Shown: piece after piece, positions 38,653 to 49,378 of the stretch
How positions within the stretch are numbered: the stretch's first letter is position 1
How the letters are laid out: each line of letters begins with the position of its first letter
Virus record (IMG/VR): IMGVR_UViG_3300008267_000054
Coordinates: 32,001 to 96,000 of that record
DNA: 64,000 bases
Direction: 5' to 3' (one strand)
Source of the DNA: a virus
Notes under the pieces: generated by a model
The model's input: only the letters and a program-made list of their open reading frames with translations
What the model was told of the DNA's origin: nothing
The model's database searches: none
Made by a program: the position numbers and the translations under genes

Positions 38653-39159
38653 ATGGCACTGTTTGGAAGTTCTCGAGACATTAGTATGTTTGTTAAAGTG
38701 AACAACGAGCTGTTAGATAACATAATACAGCAAGAGGTAGACTATTATCAAATAAATTTAGAACATACTAAGGAAAATTTATATGGTGAAGCTTCTCAAA
38801 ATAAAGTGTACAATTCACCACTAAGGCTAACATGCCTTATTGAGAGAAATGATCAAACTTTTAATGTGGATGATCAGATTGGTGTAGATGCAACACAAAC
38901 TTATACATTTAGATTTTTTCATAGAAAGCTTGTTGAACTAGCACTTTGGCCGGAAGTTGGTGATTTAATAGAGAATAGAGGCAATTATTATGAAATTGAT
39001 AATGTTAACGAGAATCAATATGTTGTTGGTAAAGACGCAGATTATCCAAAAAATGTTGGAGCAGAGTTTGGAGAAAGTTGGTCAATCATATGTGTAACTC
39101 ATTACACTAGAATTAGTAAGTTGCAGATTGTAGAATCTAGAGGAGGTCAAAATGTATAA
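38653..39159 (+). CDS. Neck/head-closure protein (T4 gp14-like)
   Basis: NLYGEA and PEVGDLI...YYEI motifs; follows the gp13-like gene. Confidence 0.7.
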   Translation: MALFGSSRDISMFVKVNNELLDNIIQQEVDYYQINLEHTKENLYGEASQNKVYNSPLRLTCLIERNDQTFNVDDQIGVDATQTYTFRFFHRKLVELALWPEVGDLIENRGNYYEIDNVNENQYVVGKDADYPKNVGAEFGESWSIICVTHYTRISKLQIVESRGGQNV

Positions 39160-39994
39160 CAGAAAAAGACAACCAGCAACGCAGGTGGAGATTATAAACT
39201 CCAAACCAATACAACCTGAAGTACGTACTAATGAAGTTAGACGTGACAACGATGATAATCCAGAACTTAAAATAGGATTATATGACATTGATTTTGCTAT
39301 CAAATACTATTTTGATAATGTAATAAGACCCTCGGTAAATGATAATGGATCACTTATACCGGTACCGGTTATGTACGGTGCACCGGAAAAGTGGAAGAAT
39401 GTTAGAACTGATGGTTTTATGCGTGATAAGAATGGTAAGGTCCAATGCCCATTAATAGCTTATAGAAGAAGTTCGATTGAAAAAAATAGAAATCTCGGAT
39501 CTAAAGTTGATGCAAATGCACCAGCAGCTTATTATACAACCCACACCACATACACAAAAGAAAATCGATACGATCAGTTTAGTGTACTAACAAATCAAAA
39601 GCCACAGCAAACAACATATAGAGTCATAGTACCAGAATATCTGAACCTAACCTACGACTTGATAGTTTGGACCGATTACATTGAGCATATGAATGGTCTA
39701 CTAGAAGCTGTGTTGTATAGTGAAGGAAGTTTTTGGGGAGATAAGGATAGGTTTAAATTTAGAACAAAGGTAGACAATATAACAACCATCACAGATCTAC
39801 AAAACGATAATGATAGGTTGGTTAGAAGTACTTTTAGCATGACAGTATTTGGATACATTGTTCCTGATGCATTAGTTAAGAAACTAAGCAATACTGGTCC
39901 GGAAAAGAATATTGGTGTAGACTCAAGAACAACAATCTATAGTACACCTACTTATGAGACTGAACAAGAGTCAATAATTAGCGGAAGTCTATAA
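39152..39994 (+). CDS. Tail terminator/sheath stabiliser (T4 gp15-like)
   Basis: VPVMYGAPEKW, PLIAY and VPEYLNLTYDL; synteny. Confidence 0.72.
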   Translation: MYNRKRQPATQVEIINSKPIQPEVRTNEVRRDNDDNPELKIGLYDIDFAIKYYFDNVIRPSVNDNGSLIPVPVMYGAPEKWKNVRTDGFMRDKNGKVQCPLIAYRRSSIEKNRNLGSKVDANAPAAYYTTHTTYTKENRYDQFSVLTNQKPQQTTYRVIVPEYLNLTYDLIVWTDYIEHMNGLLEAVLYSEGSFWGDKDRFKFRTKVDNITTITDLQNDNDRLVRSTFSMTVFGYIVPDALVKKLSNTGPEKNIGVDSRTTIYSTPTYETEQESIISGSL

Positions 39995-40014
39995 ACCTGC
40001 ATATTTATAGGTAA

Positions 40015-40332
40015 ATGGCTCAAGTAAAAAAATATCTTACTTGGGATCAAACTGAATACCCAATTCAATGGGATAACAACCCATACACTTGGGAAGAGGT
40101 TTTTGTCCTAATAGAAGTTGCTGAGGCAATAGGTGGTGGTCATACACCACATGATGCCTACAAACATCTAGAAGAGAGAAAAAAGAAGGTATTAATTAAA
40201 GTTATTGCTAAAGTAAAAGGTGAAGAGTTCAGCGAAGAAAAATACAAACAGGAAAATATAAAAGTTACTACAGAGGATATTGAGTTGGTATTAAAAGAAG
40301 TGCTACACATACAAGTAAATAAAGTAGAATAA
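40015..40332 (+). CDS. Hypothetical protein
   Basis: ORF with TATTTATA upstream; Trp-spaced N-terminus. Confidence 0.55.
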   Translation: MAQVKKYLTWDQTEYPIQWDNNPYTWEEVFVLIEVAEAIGGGHTPHDAYKHLEERKKKVLIKVIAKVKGEEFSEEKYKQENIKVTTEDIELVLKEVLHIQVNKVE

Positions 40333-40333
40333 T

Positions 40334-40885
40334 ATGTATACATTTTATACGGATAAGCAAGAGATGTTTGAATGTAAGTTGGACCTCGAAGGAGCAAAAC
40401 TAACAGATTCAAAAGTAAGATTAGTATTAGAATCAGACAACTATAACTTGCTATTTTATGGTACTATTAACGAAAATGGTAAATGCCAAATACCAGTAAA
40501 GAGGTTAAAAAGCCTCCTTCAAGAATCAGATACGGGCAAAGTTAAGTTGGAAGTCATTGCAGAGGATACATACTTTGAACCTTGGAAAGATACATACAGT
40601 GTTGAAACTAGCAAAAAAGTTACTGTTGAAATTGTATCAAAAGAAACTGCTAAACCAATCACAGAGAAAAAAGTAACAGCTGTTGTTGAAAAGATTGAAC
40701 CAAAAGAAGATCCTAGAACAACTCAATTTTTAAAGATACTTGAAAAGAAGAACATAACATTAGCAAACATTAAACAACACATTAAAACCATACAAACCCT
40801 AAGCGAAATCTTTACAAAAAAGTATAACTTGTCAGATTCAGAAAAAAGGAGTATAGTTGAAGGTGTAGTTAATAAATTAAAATGA
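40334..40885 (+). CDS. Hypothetical protein
   Basis: Beta-rich N-terminal half and helical C-terminal half. Confidence 0.55.
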   Translation: MYTFYTDKQEMFECKLDLEGAKLTDSKVRLVLESDNYNLLFYGTINENGKCQIPVKRLKSLLQESDTGKVKLEVIAEDTYFEPWKDTYSVETSKKVTVEIVSKETAKPITEKKVTAVVEKIEPKEDPRTTQFLKILEKKNITLANIKQHIKTIQTLSEIFTKKYNLSDSEKRSIVEGVVNKLK

Positions 40886-40897
40886 TAAAATGTTACA

Positions 40898-43231
40898 ATG
40901 TCAGCTGATAACTTTACAGGACAAAATATTAGTGGCACATACCAAAGGCTACTTCAGCTGTCAGATAATGATGGTTTCGTAATCAACGGTACCGGTTCTA
41001 GGGTAGACCTTTTACGAACTACATCATCATATGCTTTAACAGCATCTTACGTACCAGGAGTTACAGTCACTACTCCAGGTGGAGACTTGTGGTCTATACA
41101 ATTTAATTCAGCTAGTACTTTTCAAGGTTCCAACAAACTACTATTTAACAGTGTATCCTCAGTACTAACATTAACCGGTAGTTTATTTACAACCGGCTCA
41201 AACACATTTATTGGTACACAAACAGTAACCGGTAGTTTGTTTACAACCGGATCCAATACATTAATAGGTAATACCACATTAACCGGTTCATTAAGTATAA
41301 CTGGTTCAACTCTACAAGTAGGAAGCAATACATTATACGGTGATACTCTGTTATCGGGTAGTATAACCATATCCGGATCACATTTAGCAAATACACCAAC
41401 AATTAGGGTGTATGGTGATATGGAAACTGATGGTGTAATTAAATTCCTACCAGTATCCTATGACATAGATCCAACAATATCCGGTTCCTACATTTTCGTA
41501 TCAGGTTCAACTGATGACTTATATTTTTCTCAAAATGGGGCTGGGTTTTCCAATACAACTCGATTACGTTGGTTAGAAGGTAATTTGTATACTGGGTTAT
41601 TAAACGGTGGTTTATTATCAATCGTAAATACCAACACATACAGGATTAGTAGTGGTAGTGGTATTATTGTTAATTTGAACGGATCGTATAGTGATAATCC
41701 ATACCCAATAATAGAATATCTTAATTGGGGAAATATAACTAATACAATTGATGCTTTAAGTGGATCATTTGGTGATTATAATGAATTTATACCCATTGGT
41801 ATTGTACTCCATCAAAACAGATCTACAATCAACGGAGTTCAAACATTCCCTGGCACAGCTTATGGTTGGAAACAGAGATCCTATGATTTTATTAAAGCGT
41901 TCGGAGCATTAAAAGTCTCAGGCTATACATTAGCACAGAGTGGCTCTTCAGCAAGAGGTTTAGCGTTAAGTGGAGGTGTCGCTTGGGTAGAGGGAAGAAA
42001 TTACACAAATGATCCTAATAGTCCAAGTTACATTGTAGAAGCAACGGGCATAACTACATCTAAAATATTTAGATACTATCAATCAGGATCTAATTGGCAA
42101 TCTAATTGGGGCTATAATACAAATGGAGGAGCAGGATTTACAGATATTGATCCAACTCAGTATTCAAATGCCGGTACACTAACTTCGGTAGGATCTAATA
42201 AATGGACCATACAACGAGTATATTATTTCCCTAATAGTGCAACAAAGGCATTATTTGTTTATTATGGAAACGCTGAATACGCCAATGAAGCAGATGCATT
42301 AGCAGCAGTAACCACTGAACCATTTACCGAAGCTCCTAATACAGCAGCCAGCGCTATCTATGTTGGTTATATGTTATTAAGAAATGATGCAATTTTTACA
42401 TTACCAGTATCATATACTTTTTATCAAGCAGGATTATTTAGAGGGTCCGGTACTGGTGGTGCAGGTGGAGGTGGAGCATCTACATTAGCAGGATTAACAG
42501 ACGTATCCATATCATCAGTAACCAATGGTGATTTATTAAAGTATAATTCAACCACAGGATTATGGAACAATACAAAAACGCTATCAGGTAGTTATACTTT
42601 ATCAGGATCTCTAGTTACCAATGATGGTGTATGGGTTCAGAGTTTAACAGCTTCCTTTATCAGTGCATCCTCAGGCATAACCGGTAGTTTATTTGGAACA
42701 GCATCATATGCTGACAGATCTTTTAGAGCTACAGAGATTGGTGATGATAGTTACCAAATAGATGTTTTTGAAATTGGATATGGCATTTCTCAACCAACAT
42801 CCGACTCAGTTCAATTATATAATATACAAAACACTCCGATAGCAACAGTTACAATCGATAATGTAGCTAACGCGGCCAATGCAGGGTTTGCAATAACGGC
42901 GACAAATGCCGATTCAGCATCATACGTAAATACTCTAAGCCAAACTGTTGTAGTGTCGGGATCGGTTGATATATCTGGTTCCCTATTTTTAAATGGTGTA
43001 GCAGTAGGTTCAAGTGGTACTGAAACTGACCCAGTTTACACAGCAGAAAAATCAACGTTAGCAAGAACGGGATCAAACCAGTTTAATGGTAATCAAACAA
43101 TAACCGGTAGCTTGGATGTAAGTGGCTCTTTTGGTCTCTATAGCTTTGGAACAGCTGCACCAATATCTAGTCCTACAAGACCGGGATTACTTTACTTCAC
43201 AAATACTGATCTGTATATCTCACTAGATTGA
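40898..43231 (+). CDS. Tail fibre-like protein
   Basis: S/T/G-rich with TGSL 18-aa repeats; LAGLTDVSI...GDLLKYN...W fibre motif. Confidence 0.7.
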   Translation: MSADNFTGQNISGTYQRLLQLSDNDGFVINGTGSRVDLLRTTSSYALTASYVPGVTVTTPGGDLWSIQFNSASTFQGSNKLLFNSVSSVLTLTGSLFTTGSNTFIGTQTVTGSLFTTGSNTLIGNTTLTGSLSITGSTLQVGSNTLYGDTLLSGSITISGSHLANTPTIRVYGDMETDGVIKFLPVSYDIDPTISGSYIFVSGSTDDLYFSQNGAGFSNTTRLRWLEGNLYTGLLNGGLLSIVNTNTYRISSGSGIIVNLNGSYSDNPYPIIEYLNWGNITNTIDALSGSFGDYNEFIPIGIVLHQNRSTINGVQTFPGTAYGWKQRSYDFIKAFGALKVSGYTLAQSGSSARGLALSGGVAWVEGRNYTNDPNSPSYIVEATGITTSKIFRYYQSGSNWQSNWGYNTNGGAGFTDIDPTQYSNAGTLTSVGSNKWTIQRVYYFPNSATKALFVYYGNAEYANEADALAAVTTEPFTEAPNTAASAIYVGYMLLRNDAIFTLPVSYTFYQAGLFRGSGTGGAGGGGASTLAGLTDVSISSVTNGDLLKYNSTTGLWNNTKTLSGSYTLSGSLVTNDGVWVQSLTASFISASSGITGSLFGTASYADRSFRATEIGDDSYQIDVFEIGYGISQPTSDSVQLYNIQNTPIATVTIDNVANAANAGFAITATNADSASYVNTLSQTVVVSGSVDISGSLFLNGVAVGSSGTETDPVYTAEKSTLARTGSNQFNGNQTITGSLDVSGSFGLYSFGTAAPISSPTRPGLLYFTNTDLYISLD
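41172..41333 (+). repeat. 54-bp (18-aa) coding tandem repeat
   Basis: TAACCGGTAGTTTRTTTACAACCGG at 41172 and 41226, with a degenerate third copy at 41280. Confidence 0.75.
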
Positions 43232-43259
43232 TATTTATAGGTAAAGTCAATTACAATAT

Positions 43260-46200
43260 ATGGGATATAGTTTTAAATGGATTTTAGAGCATCTTTCGCA
43301 ATCCTTTGTTGTAGCATCAGCATCATATGCCGCTAATGCTGGAACTGCATCCTACGCAATTTACGCCGCCAATGCAGGAACTGCTTCATACGTAACTGCT
43401 TCTAATGTCTATGGTCTATATGGTAGTAACTCCATCTTATCTGCAAGCTGGGCTTTAACAGCAGCTTATGCAATGAATGGTGGCTCTGGAGGAGGTGGAA
43501 CTCCAGGAGGTGCTAATACAACCATACAATTCAATTCAGGTGGATACTTTAGTGGTAGCACTAACTTCACCTTCATATCACAAAGTAATGCGGTTAGATT
43601 AACCGGAAGTTTGTATATTACAGCAAGCGGTACTACACCGGCTGTAACAATAACACAAAAAAACAGTGGTACTACTGGAGTGTTTTTTGTGCACGGACCA
43701 AGTGGTAATACCAAGTTTGCATATGACCTACCTTTTAGCTCAACTGGTATTTATGTAATACCATACGAGTCTGCAACCGGTAGAATTAGTGGTACGAATT
43801 ATGGATCAGCAGGATTTCAAATTCTTGGTGCAGCATCCCACTTAATACTGCAAACAGATAGCGTTACAGCACCTATCAGACTATTACCTGGTACAACGGG
43901 AGGTGGTAATGTATTACTATCAGGCTCACTATATGTAACTAACTCAGTTTATTTTAGTGGTTTAACAACTACAGCACAAACAAATGTATTAACAATTAAC
44001 CCAACAACTGGTCAGATATTTTATACAGCATCAAATGCTTTTGCAACAACACCTGGTATAAATGGTATAGATCAATATATTTCTAGGTTTAGTGGATCTA
44101 ATCAGTTAGAGACATCTTCAGTGTTCAATGATAGGTCCTTACTATCATTAAAGTCTGGTCATTTACCATCCCTATTCACCGACGCAGATATATCAGTAGT
44201 TTTTGGATCAGGAAGTTGGATTTACAACAATGCTCAGGCAATATCCGCTGCACAACCTCGAATAACTGCAGCACATAGTTTTGGTAAATATAATACTAAT
44301 CATGGATCTAATATAGGGTTCAGTGCAAATTATGCAACAAGTAATGTTGGTGCATATGACTTTGTACAAAACTTATTAGCATCCTCAGCACCAAGGATAC
44401 ATTTTTCTAGTTATTATTCTGGTGGACAGATATTATATGCTCCATTCGCAGGAGATTTACATTATTTAGGTCAATCGCAACGTACAAACTATGCAATAGT
44501 TGCAGATCTAAATAATGGAGACATAATGCGTGTAATAGGTATCTATTATCCAATTACAGATTCAGATATATTAATAAACACTGTAGCTGATGCAAACTTT
44601 GTAGATTCAAGTGGCGGTGCCAATTATACTGGACTAACTATAAATTTTAGCTCCATTGACGAGTATATACAAGGTGGTGGCGTAAATACACAAACAAATG
44701 GTAATATAGTGTGTTTTTTCTTGGATGGTGGTCCTGATGGTTTTTTTGATACAAACGCTAACACTGCAAAAAATATTGCAACATCAGCACATGGATACGG
44801 AACACATGCTGAAGGGTATTATACACAAACAAGAGGCCATTACACACATGCAGAAAATAACAACACAGTAGCAGTTGGATCTGGGTCAAGAGCTTCAGGG
44901 TATAAAACAGTTGGAGCGGGAAGATATGGTAATGCAAACAATATCTTCACCGCTGCAGGTCCAACGTATTATGTAAAAAATGCAATAATTAGAAGATCTA
45001 ATTATAATCAAAATTCCTATGATTACTATTATAGTGTTGGTATTGAACAAGTTGGTTCACCTAATCCAACTGATTATGTTAGTAATATAACGTGGATAGC
45101 TGACAATGAACTTGGAACTAGGTTTAATAATGCAGGTTTCTCTTCACATACTCAAGCAATAAAATGTGTAATACAAATACCATCCCTAGATTATATTGGC
45201 ATAGTAGAGCTGTTTGCAGGAGAGTATGATAGTGATCGCTATGTAACAACACTGCTTGATATATTACCTGATGGTATATCATCATCAATAGCAAACACTT
45301 ATATAACACCAATTGATACCAACACTTTTTTTGAAACATATGATAGTCAATATGGTGGTGGTTCTGGATATGGTGCTTTTTCAATTGGCGTTGAAACTAT
45401 ATCAACTAATTCGGGTTCATTTGCCGGTGGTATATCAACAAAAACATATGGGTCAGGATCTTTTACCTATGGTCAAGACTTAAACAATACACACAATAAT
45501 AGCTTCTTATTTGGCCGGGATGCCGACTCTGCAGCTGACGATTCCTTTTTGTTTAGTGTTAACGGCAGCAGTAATTTATATGCTAATGATTATTTTGTTG
45601 GGATCAATACGTTAGCACTACCTAACTCTGGATATAGAGGAATTAGTATAATTGGTACAGCTAGTGTGAGTAATGATTTGTTTGTTAATGCAAACAGTTA
45701 CTTGGGCAATGGTATATCTGATGTAACAACTATTACCGGTTCATTGATAGTATCTAACAGCTATCAGTTAATTGGTACAGGTAACGTAACTGGTTCGTTA
45801 ATAGTATCCAATTCCCTAAGAACAATTGGTACATCACAAGTCACTGGTTCATTAATTGTTTCCAACTCGCTAAACGTAATTGGTACATCTCGTGTTACCG
45901 GTTCATTAATAGTATCAACTAGCTTAAATACTATTGGAACAAATACAACAACCGGTTCTCTTTTTATAACCGGATCATCAAGATTAATCGGCGACAGTAC
46001 AATTACCGGTTCAATTTTAATGACTGGGTCTGCGGCAATCTCCAAAGTAAATTATATTGATTTTGTAACTAGTAGTGTCCATCCACATTTAGTCGGTAGA
46101 ATACATTGGGATAATGACTATGGTACACTTAATATAGATTTAGATAGTACTTCTGGTAATGAAGTTATGACCAAAGTTGGTCAAGACAACTTTTACTACA

Positions 46201-47126
46201 TCAAAAATCAAACCGGTGTTACTTTAACAAAGGGTAAAGTTATACGAGCATCAGGTACATTAGGAGCATCTGGAAGATTGCTAGGTAATTATATGATTGC
46301 TGATGGTACTATACCATATTATTACACTATTGGTATAGCGGCAGAGGACATAGGTAATGGTGAAGATGGATATGTGTATGAGTTTGGATTACTAAGAGGT
46401 ATTCAAACTGATGGAGGTAATTACGGTGAGACGTGGACAGATGGAACTATTTTATATGTTTCCACTACTAATTTAGGAGGACTAACTTCAGTAGAACCAA
46501 CTGCTCCAAATCCTAAAATGCAAATGGCTATTGTCATTGATGCTGATGCATCTAATGGTAGTATTTTTATTAGGCCAGATTTGCGTGGCAATATTAACGA
46601 CTTACATAATGTAAAATTATCTGCTCCATCTTCTAGTGGAGATCTATTGGTATATAGTGGATCAGTTTGGATCAATTCAAAACAATTAACTGGGTCTTAT
46701 GGTTTAACTGGTAGCCTAACAGCAATAAATGGAGGATTTACAGGATCATTAAGTGGGTCAGCTACATCTGTAGTAAGTTCATTGGCTAGTAGTACTGGTA
46801 TTGTTTCATTTAACTATAATGGTTCAACAGCACAGACAGTAGCAGTATCAGGAGCATCTAGCTTAACTACTAATAAAGTTATTAAGTGGGATGGAAGTGC
46901 TTTTGCAAATACAAACATCTCAGATGATGGTAACCTAGTAAACATTAATAGTAATACCGGTATAACTGGGTCATTCTTTATTAAGTCTGGATTTGGTACA
47001 CAAACACAACCGGCAATGCAAGTTAACACAGATGGTGTGTTAGTTTTAGGAGAGTATTCAACAACACCAACAGCAATAGTAGGAGCAATCATATACAGTG
47101 GTAGTGATTATTATTTAGGATTTTAA
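43260..47126 (+). CDS. Long tail fibre-like protein
   Basis: 1288 aa; AHGYGTHAEGYYTQTRGHYTHAE resembles YadA-head-like repeats; TGSLIVS repeats. Confidence 0.72.
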   Translation: MGYSFKWILEHLSQSFVVASASYAANAGTASYAIYAANAGTASYVTASNVYGLYGSNSILSASWALTAAYAMNGGSGGGGTPGGANTTIQFNSGGYFSGSTNFTFISQSNAVRLTGSLYITASGTTPAVTITQKNSGTTGVFFVHGPSGNTKFAYDLPFSSTGIYVIPYESATGRISGTNYGSAGFQILGAASHLILQTDSVTAPIRLLPGTTGGGNVLLSGSLYVTNSVYFSGLTTTAQTNVLTINPTTGQIFYTASNAFATTPGINGIDQYISRFSGSNQLETSSVFNDRSLLSLKSGHLPSLFTDADISVVFGSGSWIYNNAQAISAAQPRITAAHSFGKYNTNHGSNIGFSANYATSNVGAYDFVQNLLASSAPRIHFSSYYSGGQILYAPFAGDLHYLGQSQRTNYAIVADLNNGDIMRVIGIYYPITDSDILINTVADANFVDSSGGANYTGLTINFSSIDEYIQGGGVNTQTNGNIVCFFLDGGPDGFFDTNANTAKNIATSAHGYGTHAEGYYTQTRGHYTHAENNNTVAVGSGSRASGYKTVGAGRYGNANNIFTAAGPTYYVKNAIIRRSNYNQNSYDYYYSVGIEQVGSPNPTDYVSNITWIADNELGTRFNNAGFSSHTQAIKCVIQIPSLDYIGIVELFAGEYDSDRYVTTLLDILPDGISSSIANTYITPIDTNTFFETYDSQYGGGSGYGAFSIGVETISTNSGSFAGGISTKTYGSGSFTYGQDLNNTHNNSFLFGRDADSAADDSFLFSVNGSSNLYANDYFVGINTLALPNSGYRGISIIGTASVSNDLFVNANSYLGNGISDVTTITGSLIVSNSYQLIGTGNVTGSLIVSNSLRTIGTSQVTGSLIVSNSLNVIGTSRVTGSLIVSTSLNTIGTNTTTGSLFITGSSRLIGDSTITGSILMTGSAAISKVNYIDFVTSSVHPHLVGRIHWDNDYGTLNIDLDSTSGNEVMTKVGQDNFYYIKNQTGVTLTKGKVIRASGTLGASGRLLGNYMIADGTIPYYYTIGIAAEDIGNGEDGYVYEFGLLRGIQTDGGNYGETWTDGTILYVSTTNLGGLTSVEPTAPNPKMQMAIVIDADASNGSIFIRPDLRGNINDLHNVKLSAPSSSGDLLVYSGSVWINSKQLTGSYGLTGSLTAINGGFTGSLSGSATSVVSSLASSTGIVSFNYNGSTAQTVAVSGASSLTTNKVIKWDGSAFANTNISDDGNLVNINSNTGITGSFFIKSGFGTQTQPAMQVNTDGVLVLGEYSTTPTAIVGAIIYSGSDYYLGF
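45735..46030 (+). repeat. 54-bp (18-aa) coding tandem repeat, six copies
   Basis: ACYGGTTC units at 45735, 45789, 45843, 45897, 45951 and 46005, encoding TGSLIVSNSLxxIGxxxV. Confidence 0.8.
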
Positions 47127-47162
47127 GTATATTTATTATAAAGAAAACATAAAACAAACTAA

Positions 47163-48056
47163 ATGGCAACGTGGAAAAAGATTGTAGTATCAGGTAGTAA
47201 CATCTCCCAACTAAATAACGATTCAAATTATATAACAGCTGGGGGCGTTGCAGCAAACTCACCAAATTCATTTGCAACGATGTCCATCAACGGAACATTA
47301 GTTTTAGCAGATAATCCTACTGGATCATTAGTGTTTGCATCGTCATCTGGCGCAGGTTTAAATATTGTAGGAAGTAGCGCACCGGACACTATTACTTTTA
47401 ATTTAATCAGTATACCAAATGCAAGTTTAGCGAATTCTAGTGTTACGGTTGGATCAACAGCAATATCGTTAGGAGCCACCTCCACAACCTTAGCTGGTTT
47501 AACATCTGTAACATCGACTACTTTTGTTGGTGATTTAACTGGAACAGCTACCACTGCATCCAACATTACACCAGCTATAACAAATGGAGCTGATAACAGA
47601 GTTCTTACTGCAAATACAAATGGCACTATTAATGGTGAAGCTAATTTAACATTTGACGGCTCAACATTAACTGTAGCTGGTAACTTAACAGTTAATGGTA
47701 CAACTACAACTGTCAACACAACAAATCTTATTGTAACAGATCAATTTGTTTTACTAGGATCAGGTTCAGTTGCAAACAAAGATGGTGGTATTATTATTCA
47801 AAGCTCTGCTGGAGACAATACAGGATTTGCATATTTCCTAGACAATACTACTAATCCACGTTGGGCATTCTCATCTAGTGTTGCGGCAAACTCGACAACC
47901 GTTTCACCGGATGAATACGTTGTATCAGCTAAGTCAGTAGCCGGTACATGGACAGCAGCAAGTGCAGCGCCAACATATGGTGGAACAACAGCAGGCTATG
48001 GTAACATAGTTATTGATGCTAATGGTGGGGGAGATATTTGGATTTATACAATATAA
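47163..48056 (+). CDS. Fibre-like structural protein
   Basis: LTVAGNLTVNGTTTTVNTTNL triple-beta fibre motif; MATWKK N-terminus. Confidence 0.7.
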   Translation: MATWKKIVVSGSNISQLNNDSNYITAGGVAANSPNSFATMSINGTLVLADNPTGSLVFASSSGAGLNIVGSSAPDTITFNLISIPNASLANSSVTVGSTAISLGATSTTLAGLTSVTSTTFVGDLTGTATTASNITPAITNGADNRVLTANTNGTINGEANLTFDGSTLTVAGNLTVNGTTTTVNTTNLIVTDQFVLLGSGSVANKDGGIIIQSSAGDNTGFAYFLDNTTNPRWAFSSSVAANSTTVSPDEYVVSAKSVAGTWTAASAAPTYGGTTAGYGNIVIDANGGGDIWIYTI

Positions 48057-48073
48057 TTCCTATATTATAGGTT

Positions 48074-48283
48074 ATGGGTATATTAGATAGAATAACTGCA
48101 AGCAAGCAGCAAATGGAGGTTGTTAGTCAAGAGCAACAACCAGATCCAAACAAACTAACACAACAAGAAATTCAGATGGCATTGTTGTTGTTAAAGCAAT
48201 CGACAATAAAAGGTGAGCAAGTTGAAGTTTTTTATAACTTGGTTCTGAAACTACAAAATCAATTTATACAACAAGGTAGTTAA
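48074..48283 (+). CDS. Small helical protein, possible fibre chaperone
   Basis: Similar to the next ORF. Confidence 0.55.
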   Translation: MGILDRITASKQQMEVVSQEQQPDPNKLTQQEIQMALLLLKQSTIKGEQVEVFYNLVLKLQNQFIQQGS

Positions 48284-48286
48284 GTT

Positions 48287-48490
48287 ATGGATATTTTTTC
48301 AATAGATTTGACATTGCCGGAGCTAGTAATACTAAGACAATCTTTAGATTTTGTTACAATACCAGGCAAAGATGCTAAACAATTTGCAGCTTTACAAGTA
48401 AAGTTGGAGACTGAGATAGCTGAAATACAAAGATTACTTACACCAGTAACAGAAGGGCCAAGTTCAAAAAAGAAATTAGTAAAAGAATAA
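48287..48490 (+). CDS. Small helical protein, possible fibre chaperone
   Basis: LT..E...TI.G...F..L..KL pattern shared with 48074..48283. Confidence 0.55.
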   Translation: MDIFSIDLTLPELVILRQSLDFVTIPGKDAKQFAALQVKLETEIAEIQRLLTPVTEGPSSKKKLVKE

Positions 48491-48510
48491 ATTGTTATAT
48501 TTATAATAAA

Positions 48511-48561
48511 TTATTGGCCCGTAAGGGAAGTGGACTAGACATATCTAGCAACCAACCATAA
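48511..48561 (+). ncRNA. Candidate structured cis-regulatory RNA in a 5' leader
   Basis: CCC-GTAA-GGG and CTAGA-cata-TCTAG hairpins enclosed by TTGG/CCAA; locally GC-rich. Confidence 0.45.
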
Positions 48562-48571
48562 TTAAGTTAAT

Positions 48572-49378
48572 ATGCCGAGTTGGAAAAAATTAATTGTATC
48601 CGGTGGAAGTGCTGCATTAAGTAGCGTAACAGCTAGCGTTGGATTTCTTGGTAATTTACAAGGAACAGCAACGAGTGCCTCATACGTAACGGGATCAATA
48701 TTTACAGGATCAAATTTAGCAACATCATCATCGTATGCTATAACAGCATCGTATGCTTTATCATCACCAGGTGGTGGTGCCTCACCAGGAGGTACTCAGT
48801 GGCAAGTTCAAGTTAATAGTGGATCAGGTCAGTTTTATGCTGACAGTGGCTTCGTTTACATACCGGCTACCAGAAAAATACAATACACAGCAAATAGAGA
48901 TTTCGATTCAAATAACTACGATCAAAATGCTGCTAGTAGCTTTCAATTATTAAATAACAATGATTCGGTTTTTAGTAAAGGACATTATTCAAATCTACTA
49001 CAGCGTACTAAACTCATTACAAAAAACGTAACAACATCCATAATAACTTTTGATGTAGCAGCTGCAGTCTCGACTGCATTAACAGTCACTGGATTCAAAT
49101 GTGATTATTCAATAGGGTATGGTAATTTGACAAATGGATCACCAGCACAAATCAGTGATAGTAGAATTGGAACAATTCATGGAGTATGGTCTTGGGATTA
49201 CACTAGTACTAACATATCAGACAATCATGTAATATCAGATGCATATGGTGTCTTAAAAGATGGTGTATTCCAATTAACATGGGGAGCAGGTACAGTGACA
49301 TTAGAATACTCAACCGGTCCAAACATATCTGAAGATTGTGTATTTAATGGTCTATTTACAGTATTCGTAAACAAATAA
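48572..49378 (+). CDS. Fibre-like structural protein
   Basis: MPSWKKLIVSG N-terminus paralogous to 47163; TASYA repeats. Confidence 0.65.
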   Translation: MPSWKKLIVSGGSAALSSVTASVGFLGNLQGTATSASYVTGSIFTGSNLATSSSYAITASYALSSPGGGASPGGTQWQVQVNSGSGQFYADSGFVYIPATRKIQYTANRDFDSNNYDQNAASSFQLLNNNDSVFSKGHYSNLLQRTKLITKNVTTSIITFDVAAAVSTALTVTGFKCDYSIGYGNLTNGSPAQISDSRIGTIHGVWSWDYTSTNISDNHVISDAYGVLKDGVFQLTWGAGTVTLEYSTGPNISEDCVFNGLFTVFVNK

